Assembly: GCA_036785375.1 (NCBI GenBank)
Contig: JAWMAR010000093.1
Location: 744,001 to 808,000 of the forward strand
Length of the DNA stretch: 64,000 nucleotides
Source: Leucoraja ocellata
Lineage: Eukaryota
Direction: 5' to 3'
The position numbers were made by a program, and so were the translations under genes. Of this stretch, positions 12,301 through 22,207 are shown one piece after another. Below the pieces are notes generated by a model. It saw only the letters and a list, made by a program, of their open reading frames with translations, had not been told where the DNA came from and did no database searches. The number at the start of each line of letters is the position of its first letter. The first letter of the stretch is position 1.

Positions 12301-15300
12301 TCATACATCACTGACCTCAAGGCTTTCTCCTGCACTTTCCCCAAATACTGGGATCAAAACCTTAGTCACTATCAGGCTATGTTCTGCTTAAAGACAGAAA
12401 GGAAGTGATTAAAACTCCTGGCTATACATCCTTTGTGAATAAAATGCAAATCATGGAGTTTTTATAAACAGGTCAAAAGTACAAGTCTTCCACCATCACA
12501 AATTTCCTAGCAGCCAACTCAAGCGTAATCACTCAATTTGTGTTTATCTTCTGTGAAAAGTGTGTGGATGCAACCATGGGCATTAAGAAAGGCAAAGATA
12601 ACTAAAAAAACATTACTTACTATAGCTTGCATTTAAATCATCAGACATATCTCCATTGTAGTTACCACATAGACCACAAGGTTTGCCTTTGTGTTCCTCT
12701 GTGAGCTTAATATAAACACCAGAGAGCCCATCCCATGCCAAGGAAAATCCAAATGTCGTTTTCACAAGTATATAATCAGCAAGACGTTCAAAGAATGCGT
12801 GCCCGATTGTCTGAGGCAAAAGCAATCTGAAAGAAAGATATTAAAACATTTACAGTAATTGTATAAGAATCATAATGCTAATTAATTTAAAGATTTGCAG
12901 GCATTACAATACTCTTTGTAAACACACACTTCCTCTGAAGATGCATTTGGTAAAATCTACATCTTTTTATTAATATCAAGATACTCATTTATTAATCCAA
13001 TTAAAAACATTCACTGATCCCTGTACCATCTCNNNNNNNNNNNNNNNNNNNNNNNNNNNNNNNNNNNNNNNNNNNNNNNNNNNNNNNNNNNNNNNNNNNN
13101 NNNNNNNNNNNNNNNNNNNNNNNNNNNNNNNNNNNNNNNNNNNNNNNNNNNNNNNNNNNNNNNNNNNNNNNNNNNNNNNNNNNNNNNNNNNNNNNNNNNN
13201 NNNGTAAAAGAGAGGAAGCAACTTGAGATGCAGAATCTCAAAATTGTTGGTACGTCTCGTTTGCCTTCCTCATATGAGTGAATGCTGCTTTTTAGTAGAG
13301 GATGATCGAGAGCTTGTTACGGGCGGTCACAGTAGCGCAGCGGTAGAGTTGCTGCCTTACAGCGCTTGCAGCACCGGAGACCCGGGTTCGATCCTGACTA
13401 TGGGTGCTGTCTGTATGGAGTTTGTAGGTTCTCCCCGTGATCTGCGTGGGTTTTTGCCGAGATCATTGGTCAATTGGTTAATTTTATTATATAGTACTGT
13501 AAACCCTCTTTATAATGAACTATGGGGGAGGTGGGGAGGGGGGGGGGGGGGGGGGGGGGAGTAGAATGGTGTCCGTACTAACTGATTAAGGAATTATCAT
13601 TTTAGGTAGCACAAACAAAGAACTGCAGATGTTGGTTGATAGGCAAAAGAACACAAAGTGTTGGAGAAACAGTAGGTCAGGCAGCATCTCTGGAGAACAT
13701 GGATAGCTGTTGTTTCAGGTCAGGACCCTTGGTTCTTGGTCTCCTGGTCCTCCAAAAATATTCCAAATGGAATTTAAACAGGAGGTGGGGGAGGGTGGAC
13801 CTAAGCAAAAAAGGGTTCTTCAGACTGAGTCAGTCTGCTAAGTTATTCCAACACTTTGTGTCGTTTCACCTTAAAGCTAGGTGCCGATACTGTTAGTCTG
13901 CACCAGCGAGTTCATCTTCTCCAACTGGTTCACCATCATTTTGACGAGGCTGTTGTAGCGGCTCACATTGCAGACCATGGCTGATAACTATTTTTACAGG
14001 CCGCTGCCACCAACAGCATATGCACTGTCAGTGTGGGGCTCCCTCCCCTCTCACCAGCTGCCACTTACTTCTGTTGACCATCACTTTGTCCACTCCACCC
14101 TCCACCGCTGCCTCCTCTTCCTTCTCCTGTCGCTTTGTCCACTCTGCCACTCCTCCTCCTCCCCCACAGTCGCCAACATCTTCCAAGGTGGAGTATGTCG
14201 GCAACTCCGGGAGAGAAGGAGGAGGTGACGATGGAAGGGGGGGGGGGGGGGGGGGGTGGGAGGGTGAAGACAAAGGGTGGACAACGTGCCGGCCAACAGG
14301 AAGAAGTGGCAGCTGATGAAAGGGGAGGGATCCCAATGGTGACAAAGTGCACCCTGTCTGTGGTGGCAGCCTGAAGAAAACGTTGTCAGCCAAGGGCTAC
14401 AACATGAGCCACAACCACAGTGGCGTCAACCTGACTATGCAGCAGCTGGTGAAGAAGGCCTCACTGGTGCACCTTGCGAGCTGGGCATGATGCCAGTAGC
14501 GAGGGCTGTAAGCGGGTGGGGAGACAGTGCCAGCGTGTGTGGCGTTGGAAGTGCCAGCCGTCCGCTATAACCGAAATCCATTACCAAGACGTTTGTTAAA
14601 ACAAAGGTTTACTGTATAATAGAAATTTGCTTCCGTCGTTGTTTTCGCTAAGATATGCACCTGATTCGTCCTTTTGTAACTGAATGACCAAGAATCGTTA
14701 TTTCCTCTTCGTTTGAAAAAAACAAGCTTAAAGTCCTCGAGCAAGAGTACGGTGAAGATGTGCATTCTTCATTGTTGTGGACCTGAATAAACAGAAGCAA
14801 AACAGTGAGATAAAGGCAACTTTGTGACGTGATTAATGAGTGGTCAGTGCACGCCGTTAATTCATACCTCCACCATATACCGGGGCTCCGTTGTCCGACA
14901 ATCTTTTGCAAGAACATAAGAACATTTTCCAGGAAAATAAAAGTAAAGGCCATCGAAAGTCTCAAAATGGTATTGCCCCCATGACTTGCATGTTCCCGCT
15001 ATGTCCACTCCAAGATTTGGAACTAAAGAAATTTAAAAAATAAAATGTTTGATTATGATTAATTTTTGATTATGATTATTTCTGGCCCTATTATTTCTTG
15101 GATTGAACAGTTTCCCTGAGTGCAAGTGGCACAAATAATTAATTCAGACACACCCATTAAACAAACAACCACCAATAAGTAAATTATATAAATACATTAA
15201 GTTATAAAAACAAAGACATAAATATAACTGGGCTGACGTGACGAAAAAAATATTTTTACTAAACTTAAACAAATTATAGGTAAAGGAGTCTATTTTTTTG

Positions 15301-18300
15301 GCTTCAGGAAATTGTAAACGTTTAGTTTAGTTTAGAGATACAGCGCGGAAACAGGCCCTTCGGCCCACCGAGTCTACGCCAACCAACAATCCCCACACAT
15401 CGAAACTATCCGACACACTAGGGATAATTTACAATTATACCAAGCTAATTAACCTATAAACCTGTACGTCTTTGGAGTGTGGGAGGAAACCGGAGCTCCC
15501 GGAGAAAACCCATGCAGATCCCGGGGAGAACGTACAAACGCCGTACAGACTGCACCCGTAATCAGGGTCGAACCCGGGCCTCTGGTGCTGTAAGGCACCA
15601 ACTCTACTGCTGCGCCACTGTGCCGTCCCTTAAAGTTCTTCTATATCTCCAGAACGTACTCTGCACTGACCTGTCTGACAACGGCTCCCATTAGCCTGGC
15701 GCTCCCTGCAGTCACATTTATCATCCCGACTGCAAAAGCCCCCATTGAGGCAATCATGTGAACAAACACCTGGAAGTTCAAAGAAATTGGTTATATTGCA
15801 GAAATGGTCACGAAATAACACAAAATCAAGATAAATACCAACATCCCAGATTATTTCTATAAATTGCTTAAAGTGTTTGGCAAATCAGATAGCATCTATA
15901 TAAAGAGAAAGAGAGTGTTCAGGTCAATGATCTTCCACTTCAAACTAAGACATGAACTCTGTTTCTTCCTCACAGATGAGCCTCGACCAGTTTAGCATTA
16001 CCAGGTAGTGACAAGGAACTGCAGATGCTGCTTTATGCGAAAAGACACAAAGTGCTGGAGTAACTCAGAGGGTCAGGTAGCAACATGATCTCCAGAGATG
16101 CTGCCTGACCTGCTGAGTTACTCCAGAACTTTGTGTCTTTTTGAGTGTTATCTATACTTTTTGTTTTTTATTTCACTCCTGAAGAATTTGCCATTATGAG
16201 TTAGATAATGCCCCGAGACTTAGAAGACCAAAATAGTCCACTCCATTAGTTTCTTCTAATATTTCTAAAAAAAAATTCAGTATAATCTTCTGAATTCTGA
16301 GGAAGATAAACCTGATTTCTACAAGTTCCCTTCATAATAGGAGACTAGCACCATCTCTTCCTTCCAATCATTAAACTTCACTGATGATACACAGAATTGC
16401 CCACAGATGTTTGGTAGTGGTTTAAACAGGACTTTGCATATTTATGAGAATAAATACAATCCCATGAATTTTAATTGATATATTTAATGCACACATAATT
16501 AAATAAATAAATCGTAGTCTGAGAAGACTATAGGGCTTTAACTTAAAGTTGATTTTGGCTGTCACGAGAATGAAAGGCTGAATAACCTCCTTCATTGCAA
16601 CTCCTTTCCATGATTCTATGTCTTTGTCATGATATTTGTTTCGAAGCTTCAAAACATCTCATTTGAAAAAACATTTATAATGTTAAAAATAATCTGTTTG
16701 ATGCTGTATTTCATTTCATACATGCAACTTGCACATCAGTAATATAACTGCTAACTTTTAATTGACACATTTAGTTCCTTCCAAATATTAAAGGATATTT
16801 AATGTTAGAGTCATGTAATTGGTTCTACCTAGGCAGATGTACCGTCAAAATAATCAATGTCCAGGACAAGCACAGAGAAGGAAATCAAATGTAGAATAAA
16901 TTGCTCCTCTTCCCACAGCTACATTACACCAGTCTTCGAGGAAAAGTAAAGAATATCATTCAGGACTTGACCATTTGTCTTTTCCACCATTTAGTGAGGC
17001 AATGGCTGATCTGTGATTGAACTTCACAAACTTCATAACTTTTGGCATGTCCTTTATTATATTGGTTAACATTAATCTATAAATCAGTGAGTTAAAATTA
17101 GCAATTCATCAACATGTACTGCACTTTGCAAAAGGTGGTTTTAAACTTCTACCATCGTTTGCGTGAGGGTTTGGTTTTCCTGCACTAGTTTCCTCAACCA
17201 AAATGGTTTCTCACGATGTTTCAGGTAATTTATTTTATTGTCTTGAAAACTTAGGTGTAATTACCACATTTTTGTAAATCTATGGAATATAAACTCAATT
17301 TATGTAATCTGCAATTTAACCATTGGGTCCAGATATAACTCCAGTAATTCTGTGTTATGCTAGATGATCTACATATAGTCCGGAGCTCTCCTTTTTTTCC
17401 CGAAATCTTTTGGAGGAGCAGTTCTACTCATGTTTTTATTGCTGACAAGCATTTCCACCTTTGCAGAAATGCCAAGTTGCTGTTTGTGGCTGTGAAAGTA
17501 CGTGCCTATCCATTCCAGTCTAACTCAGAGAGGTAATGATCAGAGGTTTGTTTCTCTGAAAGAACAAGTCATTTGAGCTTGACAACATGTGAAATGTAAC
17601 TGTTAGCTAAGCAGTGTTAACCATGTCAGAAATTATTTTGTGGAACTTAAAAGACTTATAAACGGTATTGAACAATCTATAGCCGACGAAAATGTCAGAT
17701 GGAATTTTCGCACTGTGTACACATTGTATATATTTATTACTTGGACAGGGGCCACAGAGTGGCACGGGTGGGGGACTGTTTGGTGAAATTTGACAAATGT
17801 AAAAATATTGTACTGGAAACGTTTGTATAGTCTCTGAAATTGTCGGATGAATTTTGTTTGTTTGAATGGTTCAGGAATTGTATATATTTATCAATTGAAT
17901 AAAGTCTATTTTGAAATTTAAAAAAACACAAAAAAAACCATGTCAGAAATGTTCCCTTTGCCCTTTCCACCATCTCCACAATGCAAAAGTAATGTTTTCT
18001 CTCACTTTTCTTTGCATATTGACTGTCGTCATGTCGTTTATTTGTCACATACGCGTACAAGATGTGCAGTGAAATGAAAAATGTGTCTCTCTGCCCACAG
18101 ATTCTGCCTGATCTTCAGAGAATTTCCAGCATTTTCCATTTTTATTTCAGATTTTAAGCATCTCGAATTTTTTGATTTGCAAACAGAAGTTAAAATGTTG
18201 TCAGGTCTTCCTCGTAACTCTCTTAAGTTTTTGAAGTTCCCTCAGTCTGTTTAGATAAGAATGAGAGATGCAAAGTGCTGACTGATGCCATGAAGGAAGC

Positions 18301-21300
18301 ATTCAGGTGGCGGGGAGGGGGGAGGAGAAGCAAACAAGAATACATTGGTACATGTAGCTACAATAGTGACACTTAAAAAACATTTGAACACATACATGGC
18401 TGGGAAAGGCTTGGATGGAGAGGAGCAAGAGGATTAACTTGCTTAAGCAACATAGTGGGTATGAATGAGTTGGGTTGAAGGATCTATTTCTATGCTGCTT
18501 CACTTTATGACTATGTGACTCTCAGAAGAGATAGAGAGTACAAATTTAAGAATAAATCAGGATATAAGATGTTATATCAAAGGGCACAGAATTCAAAACA
18601 AAACAGATGAACTGCAAATAGAAATGAGTTTGATATGGTAGATTTACAGATACAATACTACAGGGGGATGGAGATATGGACCTGAATAGAAGAAGAGTGT
18701 ACGGCATTTAAGGACAGGAAGTTAGGTAAAGGTGGATGAATGGTTTTGCTGATTAATTATGGTGTCCGTGCAGTTGAGAAAGGTTACCCAAATTGAAGAA
18801 ACCAGGGTCAAGAAGTGGTTTGTGTGGATGGGAAATAATAAGTACAATTCACGTAGGAATGATTCAGGTTTAAAATAACCACATGTAAGGCATGAGCAGA
18901 TGGAAGAAATGGGAGGAGCTTGTCAAAAGGTGTTGCAAAAGCCTTTTAAGATTTTAATCTTTATAGAGACAAGAAAAATTAGATGCTGTCTAGATGAGGA
19001 ATTAATAGAATGTTGGTAGGATGTTTTCTTAGAGTCAGCTAGGGAGTAGGCCAAAATGAACTATTGTGTAATGGACTAAGGATTAGCTAATAACCTCATC
19101 AAGAAGTATCTCAGGTAACAACAATATTAGTATGGATGAATTTTGCATTCAGTGTGAGGTAGCAAAGAACGGTTTCAATATAAGTACTTTACTTCGAAAG
19201 AAGGGTTCTTATCAGGAGCATTGAAATAGAGTTAGCTAAAGTGACCTGGCGGTTTAAGTTAATGGATCATTCGATCAAGATGCACAGGCGGACATTTTAG
19301 AGTGTCTTTCAAAATACACAGACTTGATACATTCCAGTGACAAAGCAGATTTGAGCAGTCGAGTACAGCCCGTACTCCTGTTCCTAGTTAATATGTTCAT
19401 ACAAAACAGTGGTAAATCTAGAACTGAATTCAAATTTTCGCATGCACATTTAATCACATAACTCTCTTTAGTTTTACTACATAAACAGAACAATATGAAA
19501 TTCATATATCAGCGTGCAATAGCTCAAAAACAACATGAAAATAATGATTGTTTTCTGTCATACCTTCAGAGTATGTAGAATTGTAGGTTAAACTTGGCTG
19601 TTGCACAATAGATGCACTATGATCCTGTAAAGAATATAAAAAGTATGGTCAATCAGAGCATTGTGACTGTGTAATATCTGGAGCGATGATTTTCATCTTA
19701 CAATGTAGCCTGGTTCAACTCCTAATGCCCCTGTCCTACTTAGGAAACCTGAACGGAAACCTCTGGAGACTTTGCGCCCCACCCAAGGTTTCGGTGCGGT
19801 TCCCGGAGGTTTTTGTCAGTCTCCCTACCTGCTTCCACTATCTGCAACCTCCAGGAACCGCACGGGAACCTTGGGTGGGGCGCAAAGTCTCCAGAGATTT
19901 CCGTTCAGGTTTCCTAAGTGGGACAGGGGTACAATGAAACGTCCATATTTCCATGCGTTTAAATTGGTTTGCAAAATGTTTGACTTTTAGCAGTTACAAA
20001 TTTTAATCCAACATTGTTCAGCATTTAAAAAATATAAATGGTTGTTTCAAATTGGCACAATATTCAAGTTAAAGTAAAAGCTTCTGATTAAAGAAGGTGG
20101 ATTTGGTTTGCAATAAAACCTCTTAAGTGGTATAGCCACATACGCTGGGGGGCTTCATAAGTCAATCCACAGTAGCATCTTAGGAAAAAGTCACTTTGAT
20201 GGCCAAATCTAATACTATTCAAATAATTAAACTGATCTTGCAGGAAAACTAAAACAACAAATGAAAATATAAGGCAGGTATGTAGTAGATCAGAACAAGA
20301 AAGAATTAAGATAATAAATTCAAGTACAAATGACTGTAAGAACCAACTTTGAATCGCATATCATTAACCTTTTGTTTTCTTATTCAAACTGTGTGGTAAT
20401 CACAGAATTTTGTTTTATTTCTGACATCCTTCATACAGTTTTAATATAATCTATATAAACGTTGGGACCTCATGCCTCAAATGTTAAAAGGAGCAACGAA
20501 AATGGGGGGAGTAGTGGAGAAGGAGAGGGTTTTGTAAGAGGTTCATGTGCACCTCCTCTAACCTCATCTACTGTAACCGATGTTCCTGATGTGGCCTCCT
20601 GTACATTGGGCAGACCAAGGGTAGATTTGGCAACTGTTTCGCCAAACACATGTATTTGGTGCTCCAAGGCGTACTGGATCTCCTTGTTGTTAACCATTTT
20701 AACTTCCCTTCCCATACTAAACTTTCTAGTCCTGGACCTCCACCATTGCCAGAGTGAAGCCACACACAGTGGGTGAACAGCATCTCAGATTCCGCTTGGA
20801 ACCCAATGGTATGACCATTGAATTCTCCAATTCCAAGTAATCTCCCAGAACCAACAATCATTCCAACAATTATTCAAACTAATAAAACATCAAGTACAAA
20901 GAATGATTACAATAACCGCAATTTCAATTTTATTTTATATTTTGTACTTTAACTTAAAAAAAATTAAACTTACCTCATGCACCTTGCTTCATCCAGAATT
21001 TTAAGTCTATTCTTACAATTGTGAAACAGCCTGAATCAATTGCAACATATACCAGTTTATAAATTAATTTGAATGGTGGCATTTCATCATAGGAAAAGAT
21101 ATTTGATTTCAGATGGCATTTCCAAATAACAGAAAATTAGCAACCAAGTGTTATTAAAAATCCCTGCATTGAGCAGAGGTACTGAAACTTCATCTTTTAA
21201 AGCTTTTATTGCTGCAAGCAACACAAAGAGTTCTTTGTGGCGACAGAATAGTTTTAGAGTTCACTTTCTATTACACTTTAGCATACCTCTACCGCTAGGA

Positions 21301-22207
21301 GATTCCGTTTCTGGAGAACTGCATCAAATCTGCTCCTGTGGGGGGAAAAAAAATAGCATTCAATACCTCGAATTCTTCTTCAAAAATACACGATACTTGG
21401 CTTGGAGTGTTAGAATTAAAAACTGTCACATTCCGCTATTTAATTCTACTGCAGCTTCTCTTAAAATTAAAGTCAACAGCTTTGTGACTTGCCTTTTTGA
21501 TTGGTTTTGCCCAGGGCCCGTGGTTTCACAATGAGATCCTGTTAAAACGATATGAAATATTTGGTTAAGTCCCTTCTGACCGTGTAAACTAAATCAGGTT
21601 AAGCTAAAACAGGTTGATTCCCTGTTAAATTACAAGGTCTTAAGCATAAGATTTTCACAAAGGCTTAAGAGTTGTATTCTTTGAATATAGCCAGAACATT
21701 GCAGATTTATGAAGGAGACCGTGCATTGCAAATCCACCAGCAATCATTGGTATCATGTTTAGAATGGAACAACGTTTTTCGGAGATATATTGGAACGAGG
21801 CGTATTTGTTTCACTGGACATTATTTTCCTTTGCGCCACTATACTGACTGAGACATCCTTGAAAATATTTCCAGAATTTCATTCACATTGCGTTTCGCAT
21901 TCACAGTTCAAATTAAATCAAGTACTTTGTGGTTAGCATTTAATGAAAGCAGGCAACAAGGAAAATAAAGCATGCGTGGGTAAGTCTGAACTTAGCTTTC
22001 CAATCATTAAATCCGTTTCCTTTACACTCTATATGTGCACAATGCTGGCTCGCACGCATTTTACTGCTAAAGCAAATGGTTCCAGAAACATATCTAGTTG
22101 TAAAAGATACTGCAGCGTACGCACTTACCTTGAAATAATTGAAGAAGTGAATAAAAGACGAACACACTCCAGGGGACCATGAATTTAAGTTTCCGAGCTA
22201 TGTTCAT
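334..22207 (-). CDS. OTOGL: Otogelin-like protein, 5' part (signal peptide, EGF-like, VWD1, C8, TIL); gene continues beyond the left edge
   Basis: 14 phase-compatible exons joined by hand: 22129-22207, 21493-21538, 21287-21335, 19564-19624, 15671-15769, 14868-15022, 14661-14782, 12621-12826, 6728-6855, 4881-4987, 4690-4796, 3191-3316, 1082-1190, 334-380 (1441 nt, open frame). The translation [16 protein letters not shown]...[14 protein letters not shown]...[31 protein letters not shown]...CGLCGNYN...[22 protein letters not shown] closely matches vertebrate OTOGL as I recall it. Confidence 0.93.
588..1032 (-). mobile_element. CR1/HER1-type LINE 3' fragment
   Basis: ORF 672-1019 [20 protein letters not shown]...TRGH...FTQRV is the CR1 ORF2 C-terminus; 8-nt tandem tail. 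Confidence 0.9.
1082..1190 (-). CDS. OTOGL: OTOGL exon ([35 protein letters not shown])
   Basis: ttttttag acceptor, GTATGT donor. Confidence 0.93.
1257..1848 (-). mobile_element. CR1/HER1-type LINE 3' fragment
   Basis: [10 protein letters not shown]...[12 protein letters not shown]; catagaaa tail. Confidence 0.9.
3191..3316 (-). CDS. OTOGL: OTOGL exon, TIL domain ([39 protein letters not shown])
   Basis: atttcag acceptor, GTGAGA donor, TIL cysteine pattern; absent from the ORF track. Confidence 0.94.
4690..4796 (-). CDS. OTOGL: OTOGL exon, C8 domain ([35 protein letters not shown])
   Basis: gcacag acceptor, GTAAGT donor, EYARAC motif. Confidence 0.93.
4881..4987 (-). CDS. OTOGL: OTOGL exon, C8 domain ([35 protein letters not shown])
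   Basis: aattcag acceptor, GTAAGT donor. Confidence 0.92.
5256..6449 (-). mobile_element. CR1/HER1-type LINE, 5'-truncated (RT to 3' tail)
   Basis: [29 protein letters not shown] motifs; frameshift near 5950; (catagaaa)3 tail. Confidence 0.95.
6728..6855 (-). CDS. OTOGL: OTOGL exon ([34 protein letters not shown])
   Basis: ttttcag acceptor, GTTAGT donor, FGNSW motif after VWD. Confidence 0.92.
7137..7482. mobile_element. hAT-Charlie-like MITE
   Basis: Termini CAGCACTTCTCAACC...GGTTGAGAAACGCGG; imperfect 8-bp TSD ATCTAGAC/ATGTAGAT fits the NTCTAGAN target preference. Confidence 0.7.
7560..9872 (-). mobile_element. Degenerate CR1 LINE (endonuclease + RT remnants), interrupted at 9488-9619
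   Basis: [26 protein letters not shown] (APE domain); FADDT (RT); many stops. Confidence 0.88.
9488..9619 (-). mobile_element. Penelope pLTR-derived short insertion nested in CR1
   Basis: Same sequence as the 3' end of the Penelope copy at 48200-48337; imperfect TSD attacactat/attacacaat. Confidence 0.75.
10252..11113. mobile_element. Non-autonomous DNA transposon, 16-bp TIRs, 7-bp TSD
   Basis: TIRs TAGGTATGTTACAAAA / rc TAGCAATGTTACAAAA (14/16); GTGTTTA duplicated at 10245-10251 and 11114-11120. Confidence 0.75.
12621..12826 (-). CDS. OTOGL: OTOGL exon, end of VWD1 ([31 protein letters not shown]...CGLCGNYNG)
   Basis: tttcag acceptor, GTAAGT donor, CGLCGN motif; matches ORF 12613-12825. 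Confidence 0.95.
13033..13203. other. Assembly gap (171 N)
   Basis: Run of n in an OTOGL intron. Confidence 1.
13321..13465 (+). mobile_element. HE1-like V-SINE 5' fragment
   Basis: tRNA-like head (agcgcagcggtagag...gggttcgatcc) plus V-core tgtatggagtttgtaggttctccccgtg. Confidence 0.8.
13861..14016 (-). pseudogene. Decayed linker histone H1-like globular-domain fragment (left arm)
   Basis: [45 protein letters not shown] ends in the H1 wing motif LVQTKGxGASGSFK with a small deletion. Confidence 0.7.
14354..14472 (+). pseudogene. Decayed linker histone H1-like globular-domain fragment (right arm)
   Basis: [40 protein letters not shown] versus H1 consensus [38 protein letters not shown]; one frameshift. 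Confidence 0.7.
14661..14782 (-). CDS. OTOGL: OTOGL exon, VWD1 ([33 protein letters not shown])
   Basis: ttattcag acceptor, CAG|GTGCAT donor, 122 nt, in phase. Confidence 0.92.
14868..15022 (-). CDS. OTOGL: OTOGL exon, start of VWD1 ([31 protein letters not shown])
   Basis: ttctttag acceptor, GAG|GTATGA donor, VWD signature TFDG. Confidence 0.93.
15320..15629 (-). mobile_element. HE1-like V-SINE, near full length
   Basis: tRNA head at 15550-15629, V-core, CR1-like tail with (gttta)n. Confidence 0.9.
15671..15769 (-). CDS. OTOGL: OTOGL exon, EGF-like domain ([33 protein letters not shown])
   Basis: cttccag acceptor, CAG|GTCAGT donor, EGF cysteine spacing. Confidence 0.92.
17634..17935 (+). 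mobile_element. 5'-truncated L1/Tx1-like 3' end
   Basis: 15-bp TSD AACCATGTCAGAAAT (17619-17633, 17936-17950); AATAAA and an A-rich tail. Confidence 0.7.
19564..19624 (-). CDS. OTOGL: OTOGL coding exon 4 (61 nt, [20 protein letters not shown])
   Basis: Acceptor ttctttacag; donor AAG|GTATGA; phase 0->1 open frame bridges the flanking exons; poorly conserved sequence. Confidence 0.7.
19726..19931. mobile_element. Palindromic PIF/Harbinger-like MITE
   Basis: ~85-bp near-perfect inverted arms (TGCCCCTGTCCTACTTAGG...CCTAAGTGGGACAGGGGTA); TAA/CAA flanks. Confidence 0.8.
20540..20840 (+). mobile_element. Penelope GIY-YIG endonuclease remnant
   Basis: [27 protein letters not shown]...HFN...EFSNSK*. 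Confidence 0.8.
21287..21335 (-). CDS. OTOGL: OTOGL coding exon 3 (49 nt, [16 protein letters not shown])
   Basis: Strong acceptor tttttttcccccacag; donor GAG|GTATGC; QKRxLLA resembles human RQKRALLAAQ (recalled). Confidence 0.82.
21493..21538 (-). CDS. OTOGL: OTOGL coding exon 2 (46 nt, [16 protein letters not shown]) with a GC donor
   Basis: Acceptor ttttaacag; donor AAG|GCAAGT; the only candidate found that gives the required phase 1->2 with an open frame. Confidence 0.7.
22129..22207 (-). CDS. OTOGL: OTOGL first coding exon (signal peptide) [26 protein letters not shown]
   Basis: ATG at 22207; donor AAG|GTAAGT; upstream acceptor tttacagcag; resembles human MNIVRKLNLMIPWSIF (recalled). 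Confidence 0.88.

Larger units (their letters stand above)
13497..14614. mobile_element. Tc1/mariner (pogo/Tigger-like) non-autonomous element carrying an H1-derived palindrome
   Basis: TA|CTGTAAACCCTCTTTATAA ... TTAAAACAAAGGTTTACTG|TA; subterminal gtccg..taac.ga motifs at both ends. Confidence 0.65.

Noticed and set aside
12985-13241. ORFs containing X runs
   Set aside because: They span the N gap.
13968-14393. Six overlapping Pro/Gly/Glu-rich ORFs
   Set aside because: By-products of the GC-rich palindrome and poly-G run; the real signal is the frameshifted H1 remnant.
15550-15629. tRNA-like A/B boxes (also at 13321 and 38884)
   Set aside because: These are SINE heads fused to the V-core, not tRNA genes.
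334-22207. Alternative identity as OTOG, VWF, mucin or SSPO
   Set aside because: The N-terminus and VWD1/TIL residues specifically match OTOGL as recalled.
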